DNA of 64,000 nt from Escherichia coli (lineage in GTDB: Bacteria > Pseudomonadota > Gammaproteobacteria > Enterobacterales > Enterobacteriaceae), in the NCBI RefSeq assembly GCF_030013595.1, contig NZ_CP122768.1; one strand, 5' to 3'. Shown here one piece after another: positions 61,996 to 64,000 of this stretch (positions within the stretch are counted from its first letter, which is position 1; each line of letters begins with the position of its first letter). The translations under genes were made by a program, and so were the position numbers. Under the pieces are notes generated by a model. The model did no database searches. It was not told the origin of the DNA and was given only the letters and a program-made list of their open reading frames with translations.

Positions 61996-62238
61996 TGCTG
62001 ACAGGCAGTATATTGAGGTAAAGGATTTAACTCCCTCCAGCCGACAATTTTTTATGACCACAATACGACAGATTGTGGTCATAAAATTATTTGGCGCTCG
62101 CGGTTCTATAAACTCGCATTTTATCTTCCTCAAAGTAAACCGCAATAATCCCGTGTCATCACAAATCATTTATTATGTTATGTTTTATGGTACGCTTTAA
62201 AAAGCGTAATCATACCCTTACTTGTAAATCACCGGCGC

Positions 62239-62256
62239 TTCTTACAGTTGTAAGAA
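62239..62256 (+). promoter_or_regulatory. EvgA-box-like inverted repeat upstream of frc
   Basis: TTCTTACAGTTGTAAGAA is a perfect 8-NN-8 inverted repeat matching the remembered consensus TTCYTACA-NN-TGTARGAA. Confidence 0.5.
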
Positions 62257-62507
62257 TAACATCACAAATGTCGCGGCTCTCTCTGATTACCGCGAACCAA
62301 TATTTATCATATTCTTCTTTTCGTCCTCACTACTTACCATGCAGAAAGGAATTGGAAGTGGCGATGAAATAATTTTCAGCACTTGATACAGGAATTTAAA
62401 AATATCGAGTGCAGCTACGACGATATTTTGCGGATTATTTATAGAGGGCGTTATGCCTTAAATAAACGCTAAATTAACATATATTTAATTAACTAATAGG
62501 TATTGCT

Positions 62508-63758
62508 ATGTCAACTCCACTTCAAGGAATTAAAGTTCTCGATTTCACCGGTGTGCAATCTGGCCCATCTTGTACTCAAATGCTGGCCTGGTTTGGCGCT
62601 GACGTCATTAAAATTGAACGTCCCGGCGTTGGTGACGTAACGCGTCACCAGCTGCGAGATATTCCTGATATCGATGCGCTTTACTTCACCATGCTTAACA
62701 GTAACAAACGTTCTATTGAATTAAATACCAAAACAGCGGAAGGCAAAGAGGTAATGGAAAAGCTGATCCGCGAAGCTGATATCTTAGTCGAGAACTTTCA
62801 TCCTGGGGCCATTGATCACATGGGCTTCACCTGGGAGCATATTCAAGAAATCAATCCACGTCTGATTTTTGGTTCGATCAAAGGGTTTGATGAGTGTTCG
62901 CCTTATGTGAATGTAAAAGCCTATGAAAACGTTGCTCAGGCAGCGGGTGGCGCGGCATCCACTACGGGTTTTTGGGACGGTCCGCCGCTGGTAAGCGCTG
63001 CAGCGTTGGGTGACAGCAACACCGGAATGCATTTACTGATCGGTTTACTTGCTGCTTTGCTGCATCGCGAAAAAACGGGGCGTGGGCAACGAGTCACCAT
63101 GTCAATGCAGGATGCCGTATTGAACCTTTGCCGCGTGAAATTACGCGACCAGCAGCGTCTCGATAAATTGGGTTATCTGGAAGAATACCCGCAGTATCCG
63201 AATGGCACATTTGGTGATGCAGTTCCCCGCGGAGGTAATGCGGGTGGTGGCGGTCAGCCTGGCTGGATCCTGAAATGTAAAGGCTGGGAAACCGATCCTA
63301 ACGCCTATATTTATTTCACTATTCAGGAGCAAAACTGGGAAAACACCTGTAAAGCCATCGGCAAACCAGATTGGATTACCGATCCGGCATACAGTACAGC
63401 CCATGCCCGACAGCCACATATTTTCGATATTTTTGCTGAAATCGAAAAATACACTGTCACTATTGATAAACATGAAGCGGTGGCCTATTTGACTCAGTTT
63501 GATATTCCTTGTGCACCGGTTTTAAGTATGAAAGAAATTTCACTTGATCCCTCTTTGCGCCAAAGTGGCAGTGTTGTTGAAGTGGAACAACCGTTGCGTG
63601 GAAAATATCTGACAGTTGGTTGTCCAATGAAATTCTCTGCCTTTACGCCGGATATTAAAGCTGCGCCGCTATTAGGTGAACATACCGCTGCTGTATTGCA
63701 GGCGCTGGGTTATAGCGACGATGAAATTGCTGCAATGAAGCAAAACCACGCCATCTGA
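62508..63758 (+). CDS. frc: formyl-CoA:oxalate CoA-transferase
   Basis: 416-aa ORF ([40 protein letters not shown]...), family III CoA-transferase. Confidence 0.92.
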   Translation: MSTPLQGIKVLDFTGVQSGPSCTQMLAWFGADVIKIERPGVGDVTRHQLRDIPDIDALYFTMLNSNKRSIELNTKTAEGKEVMEKLIREADILVENFHPGAIDHMGFTWEHIQEINPRLIFGSIKGFDECSPYVNVKAYENVAQAAGGAASTTGFWDGPPLVSAAALGDSNTGMHLLIGLLAALLHREKTGRGQRVTMSMQDAVLNLCRVKLRDQQRLDKLGYLEEYPQYPNGTFGDAVPRGGNAGGGGQPGWILKCKGWETDPNAYIYFTIQEQNWENTCKAIGKPDWITDPAYSTAHARQPHIFDIFAEIEKYTVTIDKHEAVAYLTQFDIPCAPVLSMKEISLDPSLRQSGSVVEVEQPLRGKYLTVGCPMKFSAFTPDIKAAPLLGEHTAAVLQALGYSDDEIAAMKQNHAI

Positions 63759-63811
63759 TATTAACGGGGGCTTCTGGCTCCCAATTTATAAAAATTTCGA
63801 GGTTATTAATC

Positions 63812-64000
63812 ATGTCAGATCAACTTCAAATGACAGATGGTATGCATATCATCGTTGAAGCATTAAAACAGAATGATATTGACACTATTTATGGTGTTGT
63901 AGGTATTCCTGTGACGGATATGGCACGCCATGCCCAGGCGGAAGGCATTCGTTATATTGGTTTTCGTCATGAGCAGTCGGCAGGCTATGCCGCTGCGGCA
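63812..64000 (+). CDS. oxc: oxalyl-CoA decarboxylase, 5' end only (continues beyond window end)
   Basis: ATG 63812; [62 protein letters not shown], the N-terminal domain of a ThDP-dependent enzyme; downstream of frc. Confidence 0.85.
   Translation, partial: MSDQLQMTDGMHIIVEALKQNDIDTIYGVVGIPVTDMARHAQAEGIRYIGFRHEQSAGYAAAA

Noticed and set aside
62175-62372. 65-aa ORF in the yfdX-frc intergenic region
   Set aside because: AT-rich promoter region, no Shine-Dalgarno upstream of the start, low-complexity translation; more likely regulatory DNA than coding.

Overview
This 64-kb window reads as a contiguous, largely ordinary stretch of Escherichia coli core chromosome with K-12-like gene order, and I see no evidence of a novel biological system. 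Gene order is: 3' part of eutB, eutC-eutL-eutK-eutR, hemF, amiA, ypeA-yfeZ-yfeY-yfeX, the MurNAc locus yfeW-murP-murQ with divergent murR, ucpA, cysP-cysU-cysW-cysA-cysM, yfeK, pdxK, crr-ptsI-ptsH, cysK, cysZ, zipA, ligA-ypeB, yfeH, yfeR, yfeN, xapA-xapB-xapR, a tRNA-Lys/tRNA-Val cluster, gltX, yfeD-yfeC, two tRNA-Ala, pdeA, nupC, mntH, ypeC, yfeO, glk, the cryptic fry PTS locus (fryB-fryC-ypdF-ypdE-fryA), ypdC-ypdB-ypdA, alaC, ypdK, lpxP, yfdY, ypdI, yfdX, frc and the 5' end of oxc. The only clearly non-core element is a partial IS10 at the window start, whose terminus at 785 truncates eutB. There is no CRISPR array, integrase, prophage block or defence-island-like cluster, and every ORF of 60 aa or more is either a recognisable gene or an antisense/low-complexity artefact. 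The items most worth a second look are the IS10 insertion in eutB, a possibly missing yfeS, a two-copy tRNA-Val, a XapX-like small ORF, and EvgA-box-like palindromes near yfdX and frc. All protein identities rest on my reading of the translated ORFs and on remembered E. coli K-12 annotation; no database search was run.
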